The position numbers and the translations under genes are program-made. Shown here one piece after another: positions 37,501-48,705 of a stretch of DNA of 64,000 nucleotides. Within the stretch, counting starts at the first letter, position 1, and each line of letters starts with the position of its first letter. This stretch comes from Felis catus (lineage: Eukaryota), in assembly GCF_018350175.1 (NCBI RefSeq), contig NC_058382.1, positions 57,662,001 to 57,726,000 on the forward strand. The letters are read 5' to 3'. The notes below the pieces were generated by a model. The model was not told where the DNA came from, did no database searches, and was given only the letters and a program-made list of their open reading frames with translations.

Positions 37501-40500
37501 GTAGGTCGTGACCCCCGGGAGCGCCTTTCTGCTCCCATCCGGGGTACGACATGCAGACCTGACGGGACAGAGGTCCAGCGGGGTCATTGCCACGAGCAGT
37601 GATGTGTGTCTTCCCAGGGGAATAGCTGATGCCACGGGGCTTACCGCGGGGGCATTGACTGTCATCCGGCGGGGCTGGGGATGACAGCCTCCTGAGCAGG
37701 TGGCCCCTGGGGAGGGAGATGCAGCCTCGGGGCGAGAGCAGGAAGCGGAGCACACACTTGTGTCTGGAGCTGTGAGGACCGTGTGGTCATGAGCCCGGGA
37801 GAGAGAAAGGCTGCGAACTGCGGTTTCTCCCGCTGGCCCGTCCCTCTTCTCTGTCTTTGGGGCTCCACACCCTTGTCTTTAGGGAAACCCCCCTGGGTGT
37901 CCCCGCTCGGAGTCCTGCACTCATGAGCCCCACACACCGGCTTTGAGAATAGCCCGCCCGCCGCATTCCAGCAGTGGGACCCTGGGCAGGCTGCCTCCCC
38001 TCCCTGACCCTCAGTCTCCCTGCCTGAAAGTGGGGGTCACGGAGGTACGAGAAAGCGGGCGGGGGCTGGCACTCGGGCCTGACCGGCCTTCCCCGTGTCC
38101 CTGGCAGGCAGGGCCTCTGGCCGCACTCCAGTGACCCCAGCAGGGGTGAGTCCCCCGTCGGATCCCGAGGGCTGATTTGGGGAGCGTGAGGGAGGGACGC
38201 TCTTGGCCTCTTGGCTCTCCCGCTGTTCTTTGCGGAAACCTGATCTCACCACAGGGCTGTTCTCAGAGCACTGTTCTCGGAGCCCCTCCGTGAGGGGCGC
38301 CAGGGGCCCAAGCCACAGCCGCCTGGGCTGGGGGGGCATCTGTGTTGTCACTGGCGGTGCGCGCTCTGGCATACCGCTGGCTTGCTTTGTGCCTCCGTTT
38401 CCCCAGCTGTAACAGCGACAGACTCCTTCTGTGGCGGTTTGCTGGGAGGAAGCAGAGAGAGGGACGGGAGCTCCTTCCCGCCAGCCGCCGGCACATGATG
38501 CTCGGTGAACGGGCCCTTTACCCCTCGGAGAAGTAGTGGGCAGGTGTGGTGGCACTCCCTCCCTTGCGTGGGGTCCGACCTTCTTCCTGGAGACACAGCT
38601 CTGGCGTCCCACCTCCTCCAGGGAGGCTTCCCTGATGACACAGGCAGTGCACCTGCTTCTGCAGTCTTACTGTACGGAGACCCCTCGTGAACCCTGGTCA
38701 CCTGTTGTTACAGCTGCCCGCTCACCCTGGGGCCTCCAGGGTCCTGTAGCAGATGTGTTCTGAATACATATGTCCCCGGTACCCCCAGAGGGTCATTTTC
38801 AAAGAGCAAACGCACACAAAGGCACCTTAGATGCTCAGTTACCCACCCAATGAAGCCTTTGTACTCGTTTCTTTATTTTTGGTGGAAGACGCCCAACTTC
38901 CCTTGGCAGGACTCCCCGTTTCCACAGCCAACCACGCAGAAAGTCTCCTCTAAAGCAGCTTATCTGCGTAAGCTACTTAATAAGCGTTTATTGAGGGTGC
39001 CTGGCAAGGCCTTGACCTATAATGGTAGATGGAGCGGGGATACAGATAGACTGTGAGAGAAGTTTCCGCCCCTCCAGCCTGAAACCGGGACCCTGTGTGG
39101 CGACCAAGGACATGGGCTTCACGGAAGGACAGTGTGACCCTCAGCTGTGTGAGCTTGGGCGGGTAGCTTAGCCTCTCTGAGCCTCGGTTTTCCTGTCTGT
39201 GAAATGGGGCTGATCATGCCTCCTGGGGAGACGGGACCGCACACCGAGGAAGGGCCGAGCCGGCGGGCGGTCACACGGTTTGTGTTCAGAAGACGTTAGC
39301 CGTGAGCTCTGTCCCTACCTACGGAGGAAGCCGCAGGAGGACGTAGGCCCAGCCGTGTGCCCTGAACCCCCAGGGCTGGACAGCGTGCACCGTAACCTTG
39401 TAGTGAACTTGGGCACGGAATTTCCCCAGTCCTGTGCTGCTGTACGCGGGGCACCTTAATTAGGATGTGCTCAAATACAGCCTGTCCTCTGGGTAAGCAC
39501 ACCTCTTTTCATGTGTGCGTCTGAGGGCGAGGACTGTCTGCCCATTTGCTTAAATAGTGAGGCCTCAAATGCTTCGAATGCTCTAGCAAACTATATTCGG
39601 CTGAATAAAGCCACGATTATGAGGTATAAAAATCCTACAGGCCAGTGGAAGAAACCCCGGCTCATTCCCGAGATAGCTCTGGCTTTCGGTTGAAGGGCCA
39701 ACCTGAATGGCGACATTGACAGGAACAGCGGCCAGACGCAGAGGCAAACCCGGGGTCTTTGTAAAAAGCCGTCACCGATAGCTTTTGGCTACAAGTGGCG
39801 AATGCCAGAATTCCCATCTTGAATGCCTCTGAACTCAGCCGGGACTTTCTTTCTTTCTTTTTTTTTTTTTGTTTTTTTTTTCCTCTTTTTCCCCCCAAGA
39901 ACTCAAAGACACACTTCTTTTTAAGACTTAGCTCATCCTTCATTCAGCAGATTTATTTGGGCAAAATTGTGCCGAGCCGGATGTCCGTTGGGGGGGGGGG
40001 GGGACAGAAACAGGCTGGCTCGCTCCTGGCCCCAGGGGGTTTCCAGGTGGTGGTGACATCGCACCTGTGAACAGAGCTCTGATTAGGATAGCACCCCGGC
40101 TCTGGACCTAAATCCGCACCCCCCCCCCTTAAATCCCACCCGCTCTCCTCGCCTGAGGGACCGGCCAGGGACACAGGTGCAGAGCGCCCCAGCCTTGAAA
40201 AGCAGGGGACACTTGGCCCCTCGTTTGTATGCTTGTTTTGCTTAGCTCCGAGACACTTGGTTCCCCCTTTGGAGAACAGAGGTCGCTGTTCCTCAGGAAC
40301 GAGGCGAGGGGGTTCGTGAGCGCTCGCCAGGACTTGGATTTCAATCTGGTGCCACAGAGAGGCCGGGGAGGCCCCGAATGTCATCGTCACTGGGCGGCGG
40401 GGGGCGGGGGGTGGCTCTAAGGCAGCAGTTTCCAGCTCTGGTCCACGGACGCCCCTGGGGGACGGGTGTGCACGCCGTGAAGGTGGGAGGGCTTCCCCGG

Positions 40501-41478
40501 CAAAGGCACGCACGCATCAGTCGGCCCTCGACAAGGCCTCAAGGAAATAAAACCGGCAACACTTTTCTGCGCCTCGGCTGGAGTTCACCCTTTGGGACCG
40601 TGGCACCGTGGCGGCCTGAGGGTGGTTCCGAGGAGTGGCTCGCAGTTGTCTTTCAGGATGCAAACTCGAAGGTGCACCTGATCCTTAGGAGAAATGGAAT
40701 TTGTGCGGCCACTGAGCGTGTTTGAAAACTCGGGGGTCGTGGTCGAGGTTGGAGAAGCGACGGCAGCGGGGTGACGTAACTCTGCGTTTAACCCGGAGAT
40801 GGGTTAACTCAACCCAGCTTCGGCTCTGAATGTGGAAAAGCTGGCCGTGAGCGCCGGGCAGGGAAGCTTCGGTGCCCGAAAGCCCGAAAGCCGCGGTTGA
40901 GCAGGGACTCACAGGCGCGCGGAAGGGAGCAGACCCTGCCGGTGGCCGGGCACAGCGCGGTCCCAGGACAGCGACGCGGGGCCCCGTGCGCCACGGTGGG
41001 CGCACAGACGAGGAAGGCCCCTCCCCCAGGGAGAGCCCCGGGGGCCAGAGGGAGCTCAGGGGAGACCGTGCCAGCTTGGGCTCGGACGGGGAGGCGGCCC
41101 CCCGAAGCCGCGCCCTCGGGCAGGTGGTGGCGAGCGGGAGGAGGTAGGACAAGGAGCCAGTGTGACCACCCGGGTGCGGGCACTGGGGTTCGCACCTCTG
41201 GTCGCGGCTGCCCCCGGGTCCAAAGCAAACACGACGAGCAGAGAGCCGGCCGCCTCGCCTGGGCGGGTGGGATGCCCCCTGGCCGGCTGGGTGCTGCCGT
41301 GGAACTTTCTCTCTGCTGCTGAAACGAGTCTTTGTGAAAGCGAACCGCAAGCAAGTTCGGTTTCCCGGTCGCCGTTTCCGTGCGCCCCCCCCGCCCCCCC
41401 CCGCCCCTGCCACCCCGCAAAGTGCATTTTTGTGGCATCCTTCGTGTTGTCTGTCTCGCCCCCGCCCCCGCCGTGAAG

Positions 41479-41622
41479 AAGAGACTTTCGTCTCCAAACC
41501 CGAAACGGACGAGATGAACGAGGTGGAGGTGGCTCCCGTCCCGGAAGAGAAGCACGTCTGGGTCCAGCCGAGGGTGACCAGACCCACGAAGCCCAAGAAA
41601 GCGGCCGCGGTGAACTACATGA
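41479..41622 (+). CDS. CRISPLD2: CRISPLD2 exon 7 (linker)
   Basis: cgtgaag|AAGAG...ATGA|gtgagt; [48 protein letters not shown]; 144 nt. The acceptor is a tandem AAG-AAG. Confidence 0.92.
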
Positions 41623-42386
41623 GTGAGTGGGGGCCGCCTCTGCGGGGGGGGGGCCAGGAGGGGCGCTGCGGGGTGGGGAGGGCTCCGAGCGGGCAGACAG
41701 TGGGGACACAGGGCGGGTCTGGGTACAAACGCGCCGCCCCGAGGTGTTTTCCAAAAAGGATACTTTTAAGTCATTTCCAAAGCAAGCGTTATGGGAGTGG
41801 TGCTTGGGGGGCCTTTCCCGCCAGGCAGGTATTTCGAGGTGAGGCCTTGCCCTTTCATCGGGGGGCCTGGGCTGAAACTGGGTCCCCCTGGAGGTGCCGG
41901 CAGGGCGGGCATCCGGGCCCGGCTCTGGTGCCTCGGACCCTCGCTGGCCCCTTCGAGACTTGGTTTGCTCATCCATAAAAGGGGACAGTAAGGCCCATGT
42001 GGCGTTGCTTTGAGCATCCTTTGCAGTAATGGGGGCCACCCAGTGTCAGCTCTGAGGTCATCACCGCAGTGCCACCCGCGCTCCCCCCCAAGGCTCCTGG
42101 AAGTCCCCAAATGCAGGGTATTGTCAGGCTTTCCCCTCTCCTGCCCCTCAATGCCCTCACCTGCCCTGGCTGGAGCTCAGTGCTCCGTTTCCCCAAGGTA
42201 GCGCCTTTCCTGAAGGTTCGGGGCTCTGGAGGGGTGTTTTCTCACGAGCACAACACAGGCCTGGGCCGTCCACTCATGGTTCTCTGCTTCCCCCTAAGCC
42301 GGTTCCATTAAGAAAATGATAATTTAACATTACAAAATAAATGTCTTTCTTTCTTTTAAATAAGAGAGACAAATCAACAAGCAAGA

Positions 42387-42607
42387 TTTTTTTAAATGTT
42401 TATCCGCTTTTGAGAGAGAGAGAGAGAGAGAGAGAGAGCGTGAGACCAGGAGAGGGGCAGAAAGAAAGGGAGAGACAGAATCCCAAGCAGGCTCCACGCT
42501 GCCAGCGCAGGGCCTGACGTGGGGCTCGAAACTCACAAACCGTGAGATCGTGACCTGAGCCGAAATCAAGAGTCAGATGCTTAACCGACTGAGCCACCCG
42601 GGCGCCC
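42387..42607 (-). mobile_element. CAN-SINE (older type) in intron 7
   Basis: Full reverse element with (GA)n. Confidence 0.92.
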
Positions 42608-42928
42608 AAATAATAAGTCTTTTTGACAAACTCTGACCCCACGCCAGGATTCTGACGTGTCCCTGTAAGACAGACAAGAAAGTAATGCTCGACAGCAGTG
42701 GTCTTGGCTGGAGAAGGCCTGTAAGTCCCACCCTCCGGAACCTTCTGGGGCTTCAGGGCACTTGGTGCGTATCAGGCCCCCCCTCCAAAGCCACATGCAC
42801 GTTCTCAGTTAACGCTGACAGAAACAGCACCCAAGGTCCTATCCCTACTCTCCGTATGCGGACACACCCTCACGGAGGGGAAGGAACATATCCAAGGTCA
42901 CACTGCTTCTCTAAAGGGGCAGGTCGTT

Positions 42929-43143
42929 GGGGCGCCTGGGTGGCGCAGTCGGTTAAGCGTCCGACTTCGGCCAGGTCACGATCTCGCGGTCGGTGAGTTC
43001 GAGCCCCGCATCGGGCTCTGGGCTGACGGCTCGGAGCCTGGAGCCTGTTTTCGATTCTGTGTCTCCCTCTCTCTCTGCCTCTCCCCCGTTCATGCTCTGT
43101 CTCTCTCTGTCCCAAAAATAAATAAACGTTGAAAAAAAAAAAT
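42929..43143 (+). mobile_element. Young feline CAN-SINE, forward, with perfect 15-bp TSD
   Basis: TSD TAAAGGGGCAGGTCG at 42912-42926 and 43144-43158; CpG-rich, intact body. Confidence 0.96.
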
Positions 43144-43329
43144 TAAAGGGGCAGGTCGGGGATTGGAACCTCACAGCTGAAGCATGCAGCCAGTGGGCAC
43201 TGCTCCTGCTCAGGTTGTGGCACGGATTCCGGAGTGTTCCAGAAAGTTCTTCGGAGTGGGGGGTGGTGTCTGTTAACTCAGACCGATCCCCCTGCTTCTG
43301 TGACGTGTATTTCCGCACTTCTCTCCTAG

Positions 43330-43390
43330 CCCAAGTTGTCAGCTGTGACACCAAGATGAAGGACAAGTGCAAAGGGTCCACGTGCAACAG
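43330..43390 (+). CDS. CRISPLD2: CRISPLD2 exon 8 (LCCL1)
   Basis: ctcctag|CC...CAG|gtaagg; QVVSCDTKMKDKCKGSTCN; 61 nt. Confidence 0.96.
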
Positions 43391-43656
43391 GTAAGGCCCG
43401 GCTGCACCCCTCTCTGGCCGACGCCTGCACCCCCTTCGAAGCGCGTGCCGCGGTCACGGGCCACGTCGTGATCAGTGCGTTGCCGGCCAGCCGGGCCGAG
43501 CTGGGTAGAGACTCGGGGGAAAATGCCCTCCTCTACTCTTAGCACAACGGTTGTGCCGGGTCGAGCGGGATGCTAGGCAGGCTCCTTCCCTGACATAGGC
43601 TAGACCGGCCGTGGCGTCTCAGAGCTCCCTCCGACTGCCACCGTTTAGTGCCTAGA

Positions 43657-43870
43657 CCCGAGCTTCTCGGCCTCGGCACTCCTGACGTTTAGGGCCAGAT
43701 CATTCTCTGGGGCGGGGCTGTTCTGTGCACTGGAGGGCGTCGAGCAGCATCCTGGCCTCACCCCCCTGGATGCCAGGAGCACCCCCACCCCCAACTGGGA
43801 TGCCTAAAAATGGCCCCAGAAACTGCCCCACCTTCCCTGAGGGCTAAAATCAGTCCCGGTTGATAGCCTT
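43657..43870. mobile_element. MER20 DNA transposon relic in intron 8
   Basis: CCTCGGCACTCCTGACGTTTAGGGCCAGATCATTCT...GGGCTGTTCTGTGCACTG...AGCAGCATCCTGGCCTC...GATGCCAGGAGCACCCC...AAAATCAGTCCCGGTTGA follows the MER20 consensus end to end. Confidence 0.85.
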
Positions 43871-45803
43871 TGACCAGGGAGCTGGCCCAGGCTCCCACCG
43901 GGTGTCCCCTCACCTGGACGAATATTCCAGTGAAGCGTTTCACGTCTCGTGGGGAGGACGGGCCCGAGTGACGGACGCTCTGGGTCCTTGGTCCAAAGAG
44001 AATCCCCAGGCAGATGCGCTGTAGACACGGAGCTCGTGCATGGCCGGGGCCCCGTTCCACCTGCTGCGCGAAGGGGGTCGCGGGGTGGCCCGGGTCCCGT
44101 GCAGAGCAGGGGAGGGCGGGGGCCGTGGGAGGACACGTGTGAGCCGGCGCTGTTGGCCGCGGGCAGATCCGGCTGCACGGCTGTGAAACCCGCGTCCCCA
44201 CTGGAGTCAGAGCCACCAGGATGTTGTTCCCCGGCAGTTGAATGAATCCGTCCGGCTGATGGGCTCGCTTCGTGTTGCCCACTCAGCCGCTGAGGAGCGA
44301 TTGCCAGGAAGGCCGGGCTTGGGTCTGGCGAGGCGGCCGCTGGGCCGCTCTTTCGGGCAGCAAGCGGCCACCACGTGCCGCGGGGTCACGCGCAACCCCA
44401 GGCTCGTGGCTGGCAGCCCGTGTCGGTGGTGGAGCCCGGCCGCCTCGTCCGCCTGTGGCTCCCGGCGACCGTTCCCCTGAACGCGAATCGTGCTGTTTAG
44501 TGCGCACACCAGAATGAGAAGGCAGCAGATCCTGCTTTGAACCCGGGCGACTCGGAATTCGGTGTGCCAGGGGGAGGCTTTGCTCGGACTCTGGCAGGAA
44601 CGTTATTAGCAAGTGGCCCCGGGGCATCCCAGGGCGAGGTGGCTCGAGGGCCAGCAGGTGCCGAAGACGTCAAAGCAGTCGGGTTGTCGACAGACGAGCA
44701 AATGCGGCAACCACGGGCGCCGGAATGACCCGGGCACGGCGCGAGGGCACATTTGCGTGGCCCTGGGGCCCAGTTGTCCCTCCGCGGTGACGTGCTTTTC
44801 TGTACCGCGAGCTCGTGAGGAGAACATCACGCCAGAGTCGTCAGTGGGAAAAAAATGACGAGGTTGGAGAACATCCGTCAGATAGCCTCGAGAACGTTCC
44901 GGAGCCGGGGGTCGATGGGACCCTCTGCAAGCAGGGAGAAGGCAGGGGTCCGGCCACACGAAGGCCACTAGAGGCCTCTGATCAGGAGCTACGACTCCCC
45001 CCACCTGCAAACACAGGAGTGTCCACGGTTCGCCTCCTGGAAGTCAGCCCATCCCCTGGCTCATCAGTTTTCTGTCCACGGTGCTTTTACAGTTATAGTA
45101 TTGACCGGGCCTCCCCCCCCTCCCCCGACTTTAAAAAGTATTCACGGGTATCGTCAGTAATTCAGGAAAACACCACCAGCACCAGAGTGTAGAGAAAAAA
45201 CTAAAGATGCCCCGCCCTTCCGCGATATCCGTAGAGATTTGATGTAGCTTCCCTTCCGGTCTTTTTTCTGGGCACCGGGGAGGCTCCCACAGCTAACGCC
45301 CCTCACGTGCTACTGTTTTCATTTAAGATTTTCCGAAGTCGCATGTTTTCCAAAACCCTCATTTCTCGCGGATGCATCATACCCTAACGTACGACCGCAC
45401 AAAAATGTGTTAGGCCGTCCCTCCGACGGTGCCGGCTTCTTCCGGGTCTTTCAACGATTCCAGACCTTTGGTGCAGTGCGTGGGCCTGACTTTCCGGCTT
45501 CTGGCCTGGGCTACGCGCTTACAAGGAAAACTTAAGAATTGAAGGATAGGCATTTTTAAGGCTTTCTGGAAAGGTGCCTTTTCCTGGGCAAGAGCACCAT
45601 CGTTGCATTTTATCCTATCTAAAAAGAAAAAAAAAAAAAACAAAACCCCTTGGAATCTGACACCTAGAAAGAGGCTTGTCCTTTCCATCTGCACCTTCTG
45701 TGATGACTGATGTTTGAGGATTTTTGTTCTGGTGCCTTTGAAACCACTTGGTTTTCTTCCGTGAATTGTCCATCGGTCGGTGTCTCTGCCTTTGACATGA
45801 ATC

Positions 45804-46020
45804 TTTTTATTATTTTTTTTAATGTTTATTTTTGAGAGAGAGAGAGACAGAGTGTGAGCGGGGCAGGGGCAGAGAGAGAGGGAGACACAGAATGGGAAGC
45901 AGGCTCCAGGCTCCGCGCCGTCGGCACAGAGCCCGACGCGGGGCTCGAACCCACGGACTGTGAGATCCCGACCTGAGCTGAAGTCGGACGCTTCATCGAC
46001 GGAGCCACCCAGGCGCCCCC
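45804..46020 (-). mobile_element. CAN-SINE in intron 8
   Basis: Full reverse element. Confidence 0.92.
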
Positions 46021-46258
46021 CTCCCTATAACATGAATGTTAAACACATGAAAACGAGGTCCAATTGAATCCACGATGGTGTTCCCGTGACTATGAACTTC
46101 ACCTGGGCCTGTCGTGACTCCCTTGAAAACTTTCGGAGCCTGCTTCTCCCTGGTGTCCGTAGTAGAAGTTCCAGAGGAGAAGGACCCCAATGAATTCCTG
46201 GTGGGATTTCATCCACACACGTTCACCTGTGGGAATCATTTGCTTTCTTCTCCATCAG

Positions 46259-46325
46259 GTACCAGTGCCCAGCGGGCTGCCTGAGCAGCAAGGCGCAGGT
46301 GTTCGGAACTCTCTTTTACGAAAGC
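46259..46325 (+). CDS. CRISPLD2: CRISPLD2 exon 9 (LCCL1)
   Basis: ccatcag|G...AGC|gtaagt; [22 protein letters not shown]; 67 nt. Confidence 0.96.
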
Positions 46326-46778
46326 GTAAGTGGCCCGTGTGGACTCCCAGCGCGTTTGGAACGGAGGTGGCTGGTTTGGGCCCAAGGAGGTTTTTTTCCT
46401 TCCACCCCCTCCGTCCCAGAGCTGATGTGCGCCTGTCTCTGGGCGCACAGACTAGTAAAGCCACTTTTGGGACCCGGGGCGGACCCTCGTGAAGGTCAGT
46501 CTCCATGTTAGGCCGAGCGTTAATATGCCTCGCTGCGTGGGGAGAAAGGGCCATTTGTCACCGTTCTTAGTTCGTAAAGCGCCTCGGATGGGTTTTCTCA
46601 GATAAGCAACCCCAGGAGCAAAGACATGTTCTGGGGAAAGGCGGGAGTTAGAAGCGGGGTGAGCGTTGGCCCGACGTTTTGGCTTTTTGTGGCTTGGGGA
46701 CAAAACCTCGGGCATCTCCAAAGCAGACTGGACAAAGGTGAATTCAGACGTACTTACCGTCTCCCTTCCCGCCCCCAG

Positions 46779-46909
46779 TCGTCCAGCATATGCCGGGCCG
46801 CCATTCACTACGGGATCCTGGACGCCAAAGGTGGCCTGGTGGACGTCACCAGGAACGGGAAGGTCCCCTTCTTCGTCAGGTCTGAGAGAAACGGCGTGGA
46901 GTCTTTGAG
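46779..46909 (+). CDS. CRISPLD2: CRISPLD2 exon 10 (LCCL1)
   Basis: cccccag|TCG...GAG|gtaact; [43 protein letters not shown]; 131 nt. Confidence 0.97.
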
Positions 46910-48148
46910 GTAACTGTCCCGTGCTCAGGATTCCTTAACACTTTTCTTTTTTTTTTTTTTTTTTCCTGGTTATGAAAGTATTGTCGAAATTTTGAAAAGT
47001 ACCGAACGATATCAAGACGCAGGGAAACAAACTGCCACGGTGAACTTGAACGCCGTAGCTCAGACATCACCCCGTAGGCGTTTCACCGCCTCTCACCCGC
47101 GTGGGTTTTTCTGGGCGTGCGTTTAAGTGTTTAATTCGGCCGAGTTTCAACTCCTGCTTTTTCCTCCCATCCTTGGGTTTGGAGGCTGATTCTTGACAGA
47201 CCTGGTGCCCCCGCCCCTGCTCTGTGACCTTGGGCGGGTGTCTTCATCCCTTCCGGGTGACGGCGTCTCGCTGGGGAAAGAGGGCCATGGTAGGACCCGG
47301 CTGGTCCACACGGGTGCAGGCAGCCAGTGTTTTAAACGATGCAGCTCTCCCACAGTCGCTGGGAAAGATCTGTCGCCCCTGGAAAGGCCCCTCGCGCCCG
47401 GGAGTCCCCTCCCCCCATCCAGGACACCTAGAGCCTGGCCTAGCAGGGACACCGAGGCCCCTGCCCCAGCTCCCTGCGTCCCTGGGCCACGGTGCCTCGC
47501 ATCAAGAGAGCCTCCCTGCGTCAGGGCCCGTCCCGCCTCTGCAGCCAGGGTCACGGCGGCCAAAGCGCCTGTGTGTGTTCCAGGGGGTTCCACGCAGAAC
47601 GTTTCAAAAACCGCATGAGTCATTCCCCCTTGAAAGGTCTGGTTCTACAAGAGGGCTCGCAAGATTCCCTCTTCGCCTTAGCTGGGGTCTCAGGGGCCAC
47701 GTCACCACGAGAGTGAGGATGTCTAAACAGAAGCAGAGAGTGCGTTCGCGGAGGCCCGGTGACCTAACGCCGGCCACCGCGCCAGGCTCAGCGGGGGCAC
47801 CGAGGGCGCCGTGGGCCGGCCGGGTCCGGGCCCCGCGTGGCCCGCACAGCTTGTCCCGGAGCCGCGTCGGGGCCCTCCCGGCGGCCAGCTTTGCGTCTGG
47901 AGGGCAGTTCTTTGCGTCCCAGGGAGTCTGCCAACCTCGACACAAAGCGAACGGAAGCTTTATTTTCTCCAACCTCTAATTGAAACATAGTTATTTCTTG
48001 CTGGCGGAGTGTTGGTCCCCAACGGGAGTAGGGGTGAGGCGTCTGCAAACGTCTGCCATCAGGACCCTGGAAAGACAGTGGTTGGAAGACAGTTTCTGCT
48101 TCGAGTGCATTTGCAAGGAAGCACAGCTCTTACCCAAAGGCAGATTCC

Positions 48149-48348
48149 TTTTTTTCCCATGTTTATTCATTTTTGAGGGAGAGCGTGAGCAGGGGAGGGG
48201 CAGAGAGAGAGAGTGGGGGACAGAGGATCCCACGCGGGCTTCCTGCTGACCGCAAGCGAGCCAGATGCAGGGGTTGAACCCACAGACCCCGAGATCATGA
48301 CCTGAACTGAAGTCGAGGCTCAGCCGGCCGAGCCACCCAGGGGCCCCA
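48149..48348 (-). mobile_element. CAN-SINE in intron 10
   Basis: TSD CA(G/C)ATTCCTTTT. Confidence 0.88.
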
Positions 48349-48646
48349 CACATTCCTTTTGATGCTTTGGTAGTGATCCCACCAATAACTGATTTCCCGT
48401 TAACCTTTTAAGTTTATGGTCTGCATCTTAAAGTCACTATTCTGAGCGGGACACCAGCCTGCCCGAGGGGCTCTTGGCACAAAGTAGGTTGACACCCCCC
48501 CCCCGAGAATGGTCTAAGGGCTTTCAAGCTGATGGGAAACGAGTAGGGAAACACAAAGTTGAGTCCGAAATAAAACAAACATGGGAGAAACCCTGCACTT
48601 TTAGAAACAATTCTGTCTGCATTGAGCCTCCTGTTTTCTTCTCCAG

Positions 48647-48690
48647 CAAGTACAAGCCTTCCAGCTCGTTCATGGTGTCCAAAGTAAAAG
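48647..48690 (+). CDS. CRISPLD2: CRISPLD2 exon 11 (end of LCCL1)
   Basis: ctccag|C...AAG|gtaagc; KYKPSSSFMVSKVK; 44 nt. Confidence 0.95.
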
Positions 48691-48705
48691 GTAAGCTGGC
48701 CGGTC

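Noticed and set aside
22483..39426. Isolated NF-kB 10-mers (22483, 33221, 39417); also scattered AP-1 sites elsewhere (e.g. 47616, 56374)
   Set aside because: Several such matches are expected by chance in 64 kb, and these show no clustering or other support.
40685..42039. Long minus-strand ORFs (303, 248 and 327 aa) overlapping exon 7
   Set aside because: Low-complexity Pro/Arg/Gly/Ala translations with no recognisable domain, as expected in stop-poor GC-rich DNA.
42929..43010. tRNA-like sequence with A/B-box motifs
   Set aside because: It is the tRNA-derived head of a SINE, followed by the SINE body, tail and TSD; not a tRNA gene.
46835..46853. Hairpin CCTGGTG-GACGT-CACCAGG in exon 10
   Set aside because: A 7-bp stem is within chance expectation and is constrained by coding sequence.
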